Positions 1 through 9,662 of a stretch of 64,000 bases of DNA are shown piece by piece. The stretch comes from Actinomycetes bacterium (GTDB taxonomy: Bacteria > Actinomycetota > Acidimicrobiia > Acidimicrobiales > JAMCPL01), in NCBI GenBank assembly GCA_021846515.1, contig JAJZWU010000007.1:13505-77504 (forward strand), written 5' to 3'. Within the stretch, counting starts at the first letter, position 1, and each line of letters begins with the position of its first letter. Made by a program: the position numbers and the translations under genes. The notes under the pieces were generated by a model. It saw only the letters and a list, made by a program, of their open reading frames with translations. It did not search any database and had not been told where the DNA came from.

Positions 1-1
1 C

Positions 2-1402
2 ATGCCCGTGTTGGAAGATTTTGACCTTTCCGGCCATGGTCTGCGTTTCTTCAAGCCGTCTCTGCAAACAAAGTCGTATATAGGCGATGAAGAGGTTTGC
101 CTCTACCGCACTCTCGAAGACACAAGAGACTTCCTGGCCAGGACATCTCTATCTCTGGCCGATTCGTTCGCCAGAACCTCTATGAGTTTCAGGCGCATGG
201 TAGACGAGATAGTAGGTCCTGCTACCTACCTCCCCCCAATGCCACCACTTGACATGATAGACAGAATGGGTACCACCCCTACAGGCAACGAGCTGCTTGC
301 AGTATCTGAAGCGAGCCCTCATGAAGTCCTGGACGGAGCCAATCTGGATGACCCGCTTACCGCTACCCTGCTCTACATGGCATGCCAATGGGGAATATCT
401 CCGAGGGAGACTGGCATGGGGTTCATGGTCCCCCTGCTGGTGGACAGGGGCATGCAAAAGGCAATCTGCTATGGAGGCTCCCACCGGATGGCAAGTGCAC
501 TCTCACGAGAGTTTCTCCGAAGGGGAGGTACCATCCTGGACAATGCAGAGGTGGATTATATCGAGGTAGGAGATAATGGGGCCAGCGGCATTGGCATGGC
601 GGACGGAAGGGTTATAAAAGCCCGTAGAGCCGTAGTGTCCAGCCTGGATCCAGCGACCACTATGTTGCGCCTTCTCCCGGATGGATCTGTACCCGATGAA
701 ATGGTATCAGCACTTGGTGAATGGAAATGGGACAAGTGGTCGTTACTGACAGTATTTTTCGCACTGCAGGCAGGGGAACACAGGGACACATCATACGGCA
801 ACAACGAGCCTTTCGCTACGATACTGGGTTTTGACTCCTCCGATGACGTGATAGATGTTCTTGAGAGCGTGGAAGCAGGTGAAATATCGAAAATAGCCGG
901 CCATCTAACCATAGAATCCGAGCTCGACCCATGCCTGAAACCACGAAACGGGGAAAGGGTTGGATTCTTCCAGATGCCTGCACCTTACGACTACCCCTGG
1001 CAGGAAAACTCGAACAGCATCCTGCAGCAGGTACTCGACCTGCTGGGGGCGCATACACCAGGTATCCGGGAAGACCTGCTCGCAGTCAAGGTGGAAACGC
1101 CTGTGGATGTGGAGAGGCGATTAGCCTCTATGGTCAGGGGGTCAATCAAGCATGGTGACTATAACCCATTGCAGATGGGATACCTGAGGCCACACATCGA
1201 CTGCTCTGATACGCGCACCCCGGTGGAAGGACTCTACCTGTGTGGAGCATCTGTATATCCTGGTGGCATGATAATTGGTGGACCGGGATACCTTTGCGCC
1301 CGGGCAGTTATAAATGACTTGGGTATGGAATTCCCCTTCCCTGTCACCAAAAAGATGGAGTCTTACGCAAATACATACCTGGACGGCAACATAGAGTGGT
1401 AG
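2..1402 (+). CDS. Phytoene-desaturase-like FAD-dependent oxidoreductase (COG1233-type), 5'-truncated by the window edge
   Basis: GGSHRMASAL motif and C-terminal GLYLCGASVYPGGMIIGGPGY FAD motif; the N-terminal GxGxxG is missing, so it presumably lies upstream; clear paralog of 3785..5320. Confidence 0.85.
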   Translation: MPVLEDFDLSGHGLRFFKPSLQTKSYIGDEEVCLYRTLEDTRDFLARTSLSLADSFARTSMSFRRMVDEIVGPATYLPPMPPLDMIDRMGTTPTGNELLAVSEASPHEVLDGANLDDPLTATLLYMACQWGISPRETGMGFMVPLLVDRGMQKAICYGGSHRMASALSREFLRRGGTILDNAEVDYIEVGDNGASGIGMADGRVIKARRAVVSSLDPATTMLRLLPDGSVPDEMVSALGEWKWDKWSLLTVFFALQAGEHRDTSYGNNEPFATILGFDSSDDVIDVLESVEAGEISKIAGHLTIESELDPCLKPRNGERVGFFQMPAPYDYPWQENSNSILQQVLDLLGAHTPGIREDLLAVKVETPVDVERRLASMVRGSIKHGDYNPLQMGYLRPHIDCSDTRTPVEGLYLCGASVYPGGMIIGGPGYLCARAVINDLGMEFPFPVTKKMESYANTYLDGNIEW

Positions 1403-1509
1403 TGGCTGTACCTGTCAGCATAAGAGCAATCCACATTAAATCACCAAAATCGCCCCAAGGGACGTTACACAAGTAAAAATTGTAATAGGATATTAAAAGG
1501 AGACAACTC

Positions 1510-2043
1510 ATGAAATTATGGTCACGGGGACTTGGACGCAGAGAACTGATCATGGACTTCACTCACTACGCAGTACGTCGCTCTGATGATGGCGGCATAG
1601 AAATATTCGGAGTTACAGAACAGCCGGTGAGTTGGGAGTTCAGAGTTCACATTGAACAGGAAGATGTTCCGGGGTTGGTACATGTGGCTCTCTCTAAACC
1701 GGTAAGAAAAATGTTGATACGAAAGATACCCACAGCCATAGCCACCGTATGGAGAAGGCGCCGCTTCAAAGTACCTGAGGGATTGGAGGAACGGGTAAAG
1801 AACGCTCACTCACACGTAATGGAGAGGCAACGCATGAATCGCCAGATGATAGGTAGGAGGAATACCGGTGCTGTACCCATCACTGCAGATTCCGATGACC
1901 TTACCGATGATGCAGTAGATCTCGATGCTGGCACTACCCCCACCTATAACAATAAAGTTGCTTCCGGCAGTTCCAAAGTTGCCGACAATAAGGTTGCCGG
2001 TAATAACAACAAGACCACGGGAAGTGCAGTAGGGATCGGCTGA
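1510..2043 (+). CDS. Hypothetical protein (177 aa) inside the flavoprotein operon
   Basis: Strong RBS AAAAGGAG just upstream; its TGA stop overlaps the next ATG (TGATG at 2041-2045); globular-looking N-terminal ~110 aa and a low-complexity tail. Confidence 0.8.
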   Translation: MKLWSRGLGRRELIMDFTHYAVRRSDDGGIEIFGVTEQPVSWEFRVHIEQEDVPGLVHVALSKPVRKMLIRKIPTAIATVWRRRRFKVPEGLEERVKNAHSHVMERQRMNRQMIGRRNTGAVPITADSDDLTDDAVDLDAGTTPTYNNKVASGSSKVADNKVAGNNNKTTGSAVGIG

Positions 2044-3785
2044 TGGACTACGATGTTATAGTTATAGGTGGGGGAATCAACGGTTTGACAGCGGCAGCCT
2101 ACCTGGCAAAGTCAGGCTTAAAAGTCGGGGTTTTCGAGCGTAAAGGGCAGTGCGGGGCACATTGCGACAGCATAGAGCTGGGTATGCCCGGCTTCTGGCA
2201 TAATCTTCATGCGACATGGTTGATATGCGGCATGAGCCCGGCAATGGAGGACCTGGATTTGCCGGGGCATGGGCTGGAGCTTGTCGGTACCGATGTCGCC
2301 TATGCAAAAGAGTTTCTCGGGGGACGCAACTGCCTGATCTCTCCCGATCCGCTCACTACACTCGAAAGTATCTCCTCCGCATCTGCACACGATGCAGAGT
2401 TGCTTCAGCGCAGTGCCGCCTTTTTTATGGAGCACTGGAGCGACCTTCTCGACCAGATGAAGCTTTTTTTTGCCAGGCCGCCATCGGCGGAACTGAGCAA
2501 CTCTGTGTTGCTGGTAGAGGCAATGTTGAATCTAATGGACATAAAGATCGATCCATTTGAGTTTCAGGGAATGACCGGGTTCGAAGCACTTGACCTGATT
2601 TTCGAGTCAGAGGAGCTGAAGACTACCCTGGCATCACTGTCGTGGATAGGAGGCATACCACCGATTCATAGAAAAATTGGAGTGATGGGAGCACTTCTTC
2701 TCGGCTCATTTACCGGGACACTGTTTCCGGTACATCAAGCCACAGGCGGTTCACACGCACTCACTCATGCCCTGGTCAGATCAGTGGTGGACAATGGTGG
2801 GGAGATATGGACAAGCAGCGCGGTGGACAGGATCATTGTCGAAGACGGTAAGGCGGTAGGCATACACCTGCACCCGGACAGCCTGCTGGGAGATGTCGAG
2901 ATAAGAGCAAAGACAGTCCTTTCCAACCTCACCGTAGCACCCACCTTCACCAGACTTCTCAGCGAAGAAGTAATCGGCTCAGCCTGGGCGAATAAGATAA
3001 GAGCTTTCAGCTACGACGAACAGGTTCTATTTGGCGTATACTATGCCCTCTCCGGTGATCCCGAGTTCGCCTCTGCCGCACGGGCTCCAGGAGTACAACG
3101 CAGTTTTATGGGTTTCTTCGGCGGAGAAACAATGGAGGAATTACGCCGATTCGGTGTCAATCTTGTATCAGGAGTAATTGACGATACCATAGCCGGCAAC
3201 TGGTTCGTACCGACCAGAGCAGATCCGACGCAGGCTCCTCCCTCCATGCATACGTCATTCGTATGGCTGGATGTTCCACCTGCACCCAGGAAATGGCACG
3301 GCAAGTCACTGGGGGGCTGGAATGCATGGCCAGATATAGCAGAGAGCCTAGCTGACGAAGTTACCGATGCATATGAACTCTATGCTCCCGGATTCAAGGA
3401 TCTTATACTGGAAAGGTTTGTAATGACCCCACCAGATCAGGAACGCAATAATCCGTCGGCAGTTAGAGGCAACTGGATAGGTGGTTCGATGCTTCCGGAA
3501 CAGGTCTTCTACAATCGGCCCGTTCCGGGACTCATCCAGCAGGGATCGGCCTCACGGACGTTTATACCCAACTTGTACCTGTCCAACTCCATCCACCCCG
3601 GAGGAACCACCTGGCTCACCTCCGGATATCTGGCAGCAGTGGAGATAGCTCAAGACATGGGGACTTTCAGTACAGAGCTCTGGAATGCCCAGGCATTTAA
3701 CTGGTGCCTGGCCAACGCGGGATCCATACCGCTAAACAGAGGAGTAGCACCACGTTGGCTGAAGCAGAATACGGGAGGGAAGTAA
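2043..3785 (+). CDS. Phytoene-desaturase-like FAD-dependent oxidoreductase
   Basis: N-terminal DVIVIGGGINGLTAAAYLAK...VFER Rossmann motif, GGSHALTHAL, C-terminal NLYLSNSIHPGG. Confidence 0.88.
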   Translation: MDYDVIVIGGGINGLTAAAYLAKSGLKVGVFERKGQCGAHCDSIELGMPGFWHNLHATWLICGMSPAMEDLDLPGHGLELVGTDVAYAKEFLGGRNCLISPDPLTTLESISSASAHDAELLQRSAAFFMEHWSDLLDQMKLFFARPPSAELSNSVLLVEAMLNLMDIKIDPFEFQGMTGFEALDLIFESEELKTTLASLSWIGGIPPIHRKIGVMGALLLGSFTGTLFPVHQATGGSHALTHALVRSVVDNGGEIWTSSAVDRIIVEDGKAVGIHLHPDSLLGDVEIRAKTVLSNLTVAPTFTRLLSEEVIGSAWANKIRAFSYDEQVLFGVYYALSGDPEFASAARAPGVQRSFMGFFGGETMEELRRFGVNLVSGVIDDTIAGNWFVPTRADPTQAPPSMHTSFVWLDVPPAPRKWHGKSLGGWNAWPDIAESLADEVTDAYELYAPGFKDLILERFVMTPPDQERNNPSAVRGNWIGGSMLPEQVFYNRPVPGLIQQGSASRTFIPNLYLSNSIHPGGTTWLTSGYLAAVEIAQDMGTFSTELWNAQAFNWCLANAGSIPLNRGVAPRWLKQNTGGK

Positions 3786-5320
3786 TGAGTGCCGATTCGC
3801 AACACGATTACGATGCCATCATCATCGGAGGAGGGCCAAACGGGCTGATTGCTTCGTCATATCTGGCCAGAGCAGGCGCACGCGTACTTTTACTGGAAAG
3901 GCGCATAGAAACCGGTGGAGGACTGAACACAGATGAGTACTTTGGGTTTCGGTTCAATCTCCACGCTGTATACCACTTGATGGCCGATGTAATGCCGGCA
4001 TATAGAGACTTGGACCTTTCCGGCTATGGGCTCAGATACGTCACACCACCGTACGGAGCGGCATTCCTGCTCCCCGACAACCGTTCAATGCTGTTCAGCA
4101 ATGATCCTGCTGCAACGGCTGAGGAGATAAGGAAGTTCTCGAATACAGATGCTATACGATATGTCGATATGTGGAACAGCTTCCAGCCAATGCTTGATCA
4201 GTACCTCATACCGCTTACCTATGAGCTGCCAATGCCCCCACTGGAGCAGCTTGAGCTGATGGAACAGGATGAGGCGGGCCAGGAGATGGCACGTATCTCA
4301 GAAATGTCGTTTGTAGACATTCTGGATGACTACGGCTTTGAGAATACACACGTGAGGATGGCACTATTGAGCTTTCCTGCAATGTGGGGACTTGACCTTC
4401 ATGAACCATTGGGCTTTCTGTACCCACTGTATCTCTGCCGTATGCTCAATGCCGCTCTGGTAAAGGGTGGCTCACACCGCATGTCTTCAGCTATATACCG
4501 TTCCCTCGTTCATGCAGGTGGGGTTGTGCGCGACGCATGCCCGGCAGCATCACTGATCGTAGAAGATGGTACGGTAGTGGGAGTAAGGACTGCCGCCGGA
4601 GAGACCTTCCGGGCACCCCTGGTCATCTCCACACTCAATCCCGAACAGACATTTATCAACCTGCTCGGAGAAGAATACCTTGATGAAGCGTTGCAATCTG
4701 CGATATCCGGCTGGGAATGGGAACAGCGTAGCCTGTTCGGATTGCATCTGGGCATACGAGGTGATTTTTCCTATAAATCGGGAGACAACAGAGTGGATGA
4801 TGCACTGGTTGCATTCATGGGGCTATCCACCGAAGAAGATTTGCATTCTCACCTGGCTGGAGTAGACAGCGGAGAATTGAGCGGCACAGACTGGATACAT
4901 GTGACAGTACCAACCAGGTTCGACTCCACCCAGGCATCTGATGGATACCAGACTGTGCGCATAGAATCGGTTGCTTCATATTCGTCTCCATGGAATGAGA
5001 TTACACCGACATACGCTGAATCCTGCCTTAATCTGTTACATAAGTATGCCGACTTGGGGGAGATAGTAGTGCAACGAACATGCACCCCGGTCGATATTGA
5101 ACAGCGCCTTACCACCATGAAGCAGGGCTCCATAAAGCATGGCGCCTATACTCCCCTGCAACTTGGGTACTTCAGGCCAACCGAGCTGTGTTCCCAGATA
5201 GAGACCCCGGTACCCGGATTGTTGGTGGCGGGTGCTTCAGTCTATCCGGGTGGCATGATACTCGGAGGCCCCGGCTACCTGGGAGCCAAGGTCGCCATGG
5301 AACTGCTTGGTATCAGGTAA
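3785..5320 (+). CDS. Phytoene-desaturase-like FAD-dependent oxidoreductase
   Basis: DAIIIGGGPNGL...LLERR...GGG motif and C-terminal GASVYPGGMILGGPGY; start moved to ATG 3785 (TAATG overlap with the upstream stop, GGAGG upstream). Confidence 0.88.
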   Translation: MSADSQHDYDAIIIGGGPNGLIASSYLARAGARVLLLERRIETGGGLNTDEYFGFRFNLHAVYHLMADVMPAYRDLDLSGYGLRYVTPPYGAAFLLPDNRSMLFSNDPAATAEEIRKFSNTDAIRYVDMWNSFQPMLDQYLIPLTYELPMPPLEQLELMEQDEAGQEMARISEMSFVDILDDYGFENTHVRMALLSFPAMWGLDLHEPLGFLYPLYLCRMLNAALVKGGSHRMSSAIYRSLVHAGGVVRDACPAASLIVEDGTVVGVRTAAGETFRAPLVISTLNPEQTFINLLGEEYLDEALQSAISGWEWEQRSLFGLHLGIRGDFSYKSGDNRVDDALVAFMGLSTEEDLHSHLAGVDSGELSGTDWIHVTVPTRFDSTQASDGYQTVRIESVASYSSPWNEITPTYAESCLNLLHKYADLGEIVVQRTCTPVDIEQRLTTMKQGSIKHGAYTPLQLGYFRPTELCSQIETPVPGLLVAGASVYPGGMILGGPGYLGAKVAMELLGIR

Positions 5321-5861
5321 CCAAACGAAGCAGCGCCTGTCTGGCCTCTTCGGATCTATCTGCTTCCCTGGAAAGACGCTCGGCCAATCGTTGCGTCCAC
5401 TCCCCTACGCTAATCGTATCATGGCGTATGGCAATACCACCCATTACCTTGGCAACGGTAGGCACAAGCCGTCCTTTCTGCTTGGATATGGAGAACTGCT
5501 CCTCCTCCAGAATGACTATTACCTCAGATACGCTGCCATGACCCAGCAAGCCTGCCTTTTTGACCTGTACGGCTTCAGGCCATGCAGATCCCAATTGATC
5601 CGCCAGGTAGCCGAGCAGTAGTTGGTCATCCCTTGCCTGCTCGGCAAGGAGCTGAGCGAGCGCCGCTACCTCGTATCCCTGGACGTCGTTGCTGCCCGGT
5701 GGCTCTTCCAACCCCTGCATGTCGCTGCTGGAGATCTCGCTGCCAACGGGCATATTCACCAGTTCTCCCCCGCTAACACCCTCCTCGCGGGTAGAGGGTA
5801 TGTCCGAGTTGGGCACTGCATTACCGGATACTGAGTCAATGTCATCCATTTTCACCACCAT
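5313..5861 (-). CDS. Hypothetical protein (acidic N-terminus, alpha/beta C-terminal domain)
   Basis: 182-aa ORF downstream of miaA, convergent on the flavoprotein operon with an 8-nt overlap; no recognised motif. Confidence 0.7.
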   Translation of the reverse strand: MVVKMDDIDSVSGNAVPNSDIPSTREEGVSGGELVNMPVGSEISSSDMQGLEEPPGSNDVQGYEVAALAQLLAEQARDDQLLLGYLADQLGSAWPEAVQVKKAGLLGHGSVSEVIVILEEEQFSISKQKGRLVPTVAKVMGGIAIRHDTISVGEWTQRLAERLSREADRSEEARQALLRLVT

Positions 5862-6009
5862 ATCTCATACAGGTAAAAAAATCAATAGCTACCCAGTTGC
5901 CCCGGGCGTACCAACGATCTCCGCTACCGGAATTTGGAAGTGAGTACTCGCTCATCCATCTTGGTAGATTTTCACTACACTACATCACTTTTAGACGGCG
6001 GCTTACCGG

Positions 6010-6918
6010 TCACTGCCCACCAAACAGTTCTACGAACTGCTCCAACATGTCTCCCCTGGGGTCGAGCCAGTGTATCCTGGGGTCTCGCCTGAACCATCTC
6101 CACTGCCGCCTTGCAAATACTCTGGTTCTGGCAATGGCCTGCTCTATTGCATCGTCCAATTCCAATCCATCCTCCAAATGCAGGAACAGCTCCTTATATC
6201 CAAGAGCCTGCCTGGCAGTCCTGGAAATGCCCCCAGGTAGTTTCAGCAGGTTCTCTGCCTCATCAAGCAAACCCTCCTCCATCCACCTGTGAAAACGCAG
6301 TTCAATATCATGCGCGTACGTCTCATAATCAAGTGGTATGCCGGTGAACATAAAGCGGGTACTGGGAGGGTAACTCTCCAACCCCGGCCCAAAGGACGAG
6401 AACGGGCGTCCGCATCCAATGGTTACTTCAAGCGCCCTTATTATTCTCCTGGAGTTCTGAGGGGTGATCCTGGACGCTGCCACTGGGTCAAGTTCGGTGA
6501 GTCGCTTATAGAGCAATTCAATTCCTCCCTCTCGATTCAGTTCCTCGGTAAGACTCTCTACTATGGAAGGCCATCTTGCCGGTATGGACAATCCGTCCGT
6601 CAGTGCCCTCATATAAAGACCCGTACCTCCGACAAGTATCGCCCTATTACCCCTTAACTCTATGGATTTCAGTACATCCAGCGCCTCAGACTGGAAACGA
6701 GAGACCGTATATTCCTCGTGAGGCTCTACAATATCTATCATATGGTAATTGACCTCGTTTTGTTCATCCAAAGAAGGCTTGGCCGTAGCTATATCCATAT
6801 GCCTGTAGACACACATAGAATCTACAGAGATTATCTCGATTCCCGGAAGAGTCTTGGCCAAACTGTGAGCAAGCCCAGACTTGCCTGTAGCGGTAGGTCC
6901 AACCAGAATTAAGTGCAA
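6010..6918 (-). CDS. miaA: tRNA dimethylallyltransferase
   Basis: GPTATGKS P-loop, DSMCVY, VGGTGLY, FARRQWRWF; directly follows miaB. Confidence 0.96.
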   Translation of the reverse strand: MHLILVGPTATGKSGLAHSLAKTLPGIEIISVDSMCVYRHMDIATAKPSLDEQNEVNYHMIDIVEPHEEYTVSRFQSEALDVLKSIELRGNRAILVGGTGLYMRALTDGLSIPARWPSIVESLTEELNREGGIELLYKRLTELDPVAASRITPQNSRRIIRALEVTIGCGRPFSSFGPGLESYPPSTRFMFTGIPLDYETYAHDIELRFHRWMEEGLLDEAENLLKLPGGISRTARQALGYKELFLHLEDGLELDDAIEQAIARTRVFARRQWRWFRRDPRIHWLDPRGDMLEQFVELFGGQ

Positions 6919-8321
6919 GCAACCCTCAGAGGTATTCTACGCTGATTCGACCCGGGCAACCTCTTGCCAAGATATTCTCCCTTAAGATGGTGAGGGCCTG
7001 CATCGGTAATACTTACCTGCACATAGGATCCGGGGGATAACGGTTGCCCTGGACGGAAGTGTACCAACTTTCCCTGGCGAGTCCTGCCTGTGAGTACTGA
7101 GTCGTCCTTTTTGGATCTACCTTCTACCTGTACCTCTTCGGTCAAGCCCACTCTGGCTCTATTGCGCTCAAGCGCAGATCGCTCCACCAGATCCACCAAG
7201 CGCGAGAATCTGGAACTAACGATATCGGGATCCACAAATTGATCCACCATTCGTGCCGCGACCGTTCCAGGTCTGGAAGAAAATTCAAAGGTATACGCTG
7301 CATCAAACTGCGCCTCTGCAACCACCTTCAGGGTTTGCTCGAAATCATCCTCAGTCTCCCCCGGAAATCCCACAATGATGTCTGTAGTTACCGCCAAATC
7401 AGGTATCATCTCGCGTGCAGCACGCAACTTGCCAAGATAACGCTCGGCATTGTAGCCTCTGTGCATCATTGCCAGTATCCTGTCGCTCCCGGATTGCAAT
7501 GGGAAATGGAGTTGCTCACAGACTGCGTCTACCGTCGCCATCGCGTCAATGGTCTCCGGAAGAATGTCCTTGGGGTGAGGACTGGTAAACCTGACCCTCC
7601 GTATACCATCTACTAATCCCACTTCTCTCAGCAACTTGGCAAAAAGCGGACGCCTTCTGGTGATGTCTCGTCCATAGGAGTTCACGTTCTGGCCAAGTAG
7701 GGTAATCTCACTTACACCCTTGGATGCCAACCTGGACACCTCCCCTACTATCTCATCGATCGGTCTGGATGATTCATGCCCCCTGACCATCGGTACAGTG
7801 CAGAATGTACAGGAATTATTACAACCACTCTGAATGCTCACATAAGCCGACCAGGGGGTATTCTCCATTGATGGCAGGTTCCAGGCATAGCTGCCTCCCT
7901 GGTCTCCGGTCATCCCTTCGGCCTCCTCCCGCGTTTCAGGCACTTCTACAATGGACATGCCCGAATTGCCAGTATCCTTGAGGAGGACGGGTATCCTGCC
8001 AAGATTATATGTACCGACCACGACATCTACATAGGGTGCATGCTCCAGTAGCTGCTCCTTCTCCCGCTGGGCCAGGCAGCCACCGACAACTATACGCATG
8101 GCGGGATTGGCTTGACGCAGGCTTTTTATCTGACCAAGGAAGCCGTATAGCTTGTTGTCTGCGTTTTCCCGGATGCAACAGGTATTGACAAACACAACAT
8201 CTGCATCACCGGGATCATCAACACCCTGCATGCCGACCGATTGCAGGAGCCCTTCGACACGCGAAGTATCATGATCGTTCATCTGGCAACCGAAACTACG
8301 GGTGTAATAAGTGCTCGCCAT
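6909..8321 (-). CDS. miaB: tRNA-2-methylthio-N6-dimethylallyladenosine synthase
   Basis: FGCQMN..D, NTCCIRENA, radical SAM CNNSCTFC, C-terminal TRAM domain; start moved to ATG 8321. Confidence 0.96.
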   Translation of the reverse strand: MASTYYTRSFGCQMNDHDTSRVEGLLQSVGMQGVDDPGDADVVFVNTCCIRENADNKLYGFLGQIKSLRQANPAMRIVVGGCLAQREKEQLLEHAPYVDVVVGTYNLGRIPVLLKDTGNSGMSIVEVPETREEAEGMTGDQGGSYAWNLPSMENTPWSAYVSIQSGCNNSCTFCTVPMVRGHESSRPIDEIVGEVSRLASKGVSEITLLGQNVNSYGRDITRRRPLFAKLLREVGLVDGIRRVRFTSPHPKDILPETIDAMATVDAVCEQLHFPLQSGSDRILAMMHRGYNAERYLGKLRAAREMIPDLAVTTDIIVGFPGETEDDFEQTLKVVAEAQFDAAYTFEFSSRPGTVAARMVDQFVDPDIVSSRFSRLVDLVERSALERNRARVGLTEEVQVEGRSKKDDSVLTGRTRQGKLVHFRPGQPLSPGSYVQVSITDAGPHHLKGEYLGKRLPGSNQRRIPLRVACT

Positions 8322-8327
8322 CACCTC

Positions 8328-8336
8328 AGTATACCA
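8328..8336 (-). promoter_or_regulatory. Extended -10 element TGgTATACT, 6 nt before the miaB ATG (leaderless-type)
   Basis: Motif and spacing read directly from the minus strand. Confidence 0.55.
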
Positions 8337-8490
8337 AGAATTATCAATCCTCCGGGCACTGAAATGCTGCACCCACACAAAAGTACACTGTGGTCCATGT
8401 AAACAGCCAACCGAGATATTACATATGACGAATCAAAAAGCAGAGCACAGCTCAGGGTGGTCGAATATCGACCCAGCATCACCGACTGAA

Positions 8491-8730
8491 TCACGTCACA
8501 CCTGAGTTGCGCTCTCCTCCTTGATCTATCTTAACCACGGGATATGGTTCCATCACTCCAAAGTGCCCAGGAACAAGTGAATATGCCACCACCGTGCCCG
8601 GCATAACAACACGAGTCCCGTCACTTATAGCCGTGCAGTGGAACCCGTAACCTTCAATAGTGCCCACACCCCTTGATTCATCATAGGAGTCGACTATACC
8701 AACAAACATGCGACCAGGATAAGCACTCAA
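8491..8730 (-). CDS. Small cold-shock (OB-fold)-like protein
   Basis: GIVDSYDESRGVGTI...FHCTAI resembles the RNP1/RNP2 layout of CSD proteins; overlaps the hisG stop; alternative ATG at 8709. Confidence 0.6.
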   Translation of the reverse strand: MSAYPGRMFVGIVDSYDESRGVGTIEGYGFHCTAISDGTRVVMPGTVVAYSLVPGHFGVMEPYPVVKIDQGGERNSGVT

Positions 8731-9662
8731 TGCACTACCTTCGAAATGGGTATCTCTACGATATCGCTGGCGCCGGCATCCTTCAACTCCGGTATAAGAG
8801 TATTTACATCTCTTTTCTCTATCACTGTCTCGACGGCATATCCCCCATCGCCTGCCAACTTGGATACGGTAGGTGATTTCATGGATGGCAATAACGCAAG
8901 AACTCCATTCAATCCTGATTCGACAACATTCAGCTTAATAAGAACCTTCCCCCGTGCTTCCAGTACCCCGGTCAAAAGAGTCATAATCTGCTCCATTGCG
9001 TGACGGCTATCGGGATCTTCTGCGCATTTTTTGTTCGTAATAAGCTCGGTGCGAGATACCAGCAATGTCGAAATAATCCTCAAACCGGCAGCCCTGAGCG
9101 CCCTACCGGTCTCGGTGATCTCCACCACCGCATCGACGATTTCCGGTACCTTCGCTTCCGTGGCACCGTAAGATAATTGAATATCTGCATCTATGCCCAA
9201 CTGATCAAAGTAGCGCCTGGTCAACTGTGGATATTCAGTAGAGATTTTCACTCCAGACGGCAGCTCACCGGGATCATTATAGGAAGAATCGCTCGATACT
9301 GCCAGTACAACGCGAATAGGATTTGCGGTGGCCTTTGAATAAGCCAGCTCGCCCAATGAGACCACGTCTGCTCCCGTCTCTTCTATCCAGTCACGACCCG
9401 TAATGCCAACATCGAATATTTCTCTCTCCACATAAGTAGGTATCTCCTGAGGTCGCAAAATCATCACTTCGCCTATACGGGGATCATCTATTTCTGCCCT
9501 GTAGTCGACAGAGGAGCTTCTGGACACAGCAAGATCTGCTGCTTCAAATAGTTCGAGAGTAGCCTTCTCAAGAGAACCCTTGGGCAGCACTATTCTGAGG
9601 TCGCGGCTTTTAGTCTTGGCAGGTGCACCGGTAGCATCACCTGCATAACTACCGGAACTCAC
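8727..9662 (-). CDS. hisG: ATP phosphoribosyltransferase (long form)
   Basis: LPKGSL, GITGRDW, SYGATE, ETGRALRAAGL, C-terminal regulatory domain. Confidence 0.95.
   Translation of the reverse strand: MSSGSYAGDATGAPAKTKSRDLRIVLPKGSLEKATLELFEAADLAVSRSSSVDYRAEIDDPRIGEVMILRPQEIPTYVEREIFDVGITGRDWIEETGADVVSLGELAYSKATANPIRVVLAVSSDSSYNDPGELPSGVKISTEYPQLTRRYFDQLGIDADIQLSYGATEAKVPEIVDAVVEITETGRALRAAGLRIISTLLVSRTELITNKKCAEDPDSRHAMEQIMTLLTGVLEARGKVLIKLNVVESGLNGVLALLPSMKSPTVSKLAGDGGYAVETVIEKRDVNTLIPELKDAGASDIVEIPISKVVH

Noticed and set aside
2-5320. Carotenoid biosynthesis (crtI) cluster
   Set aside because: No phytoene synthase, GGPP synthase or cyclase in the window, and the motifs fit the broader COG1233 group; no gene symbol assigned
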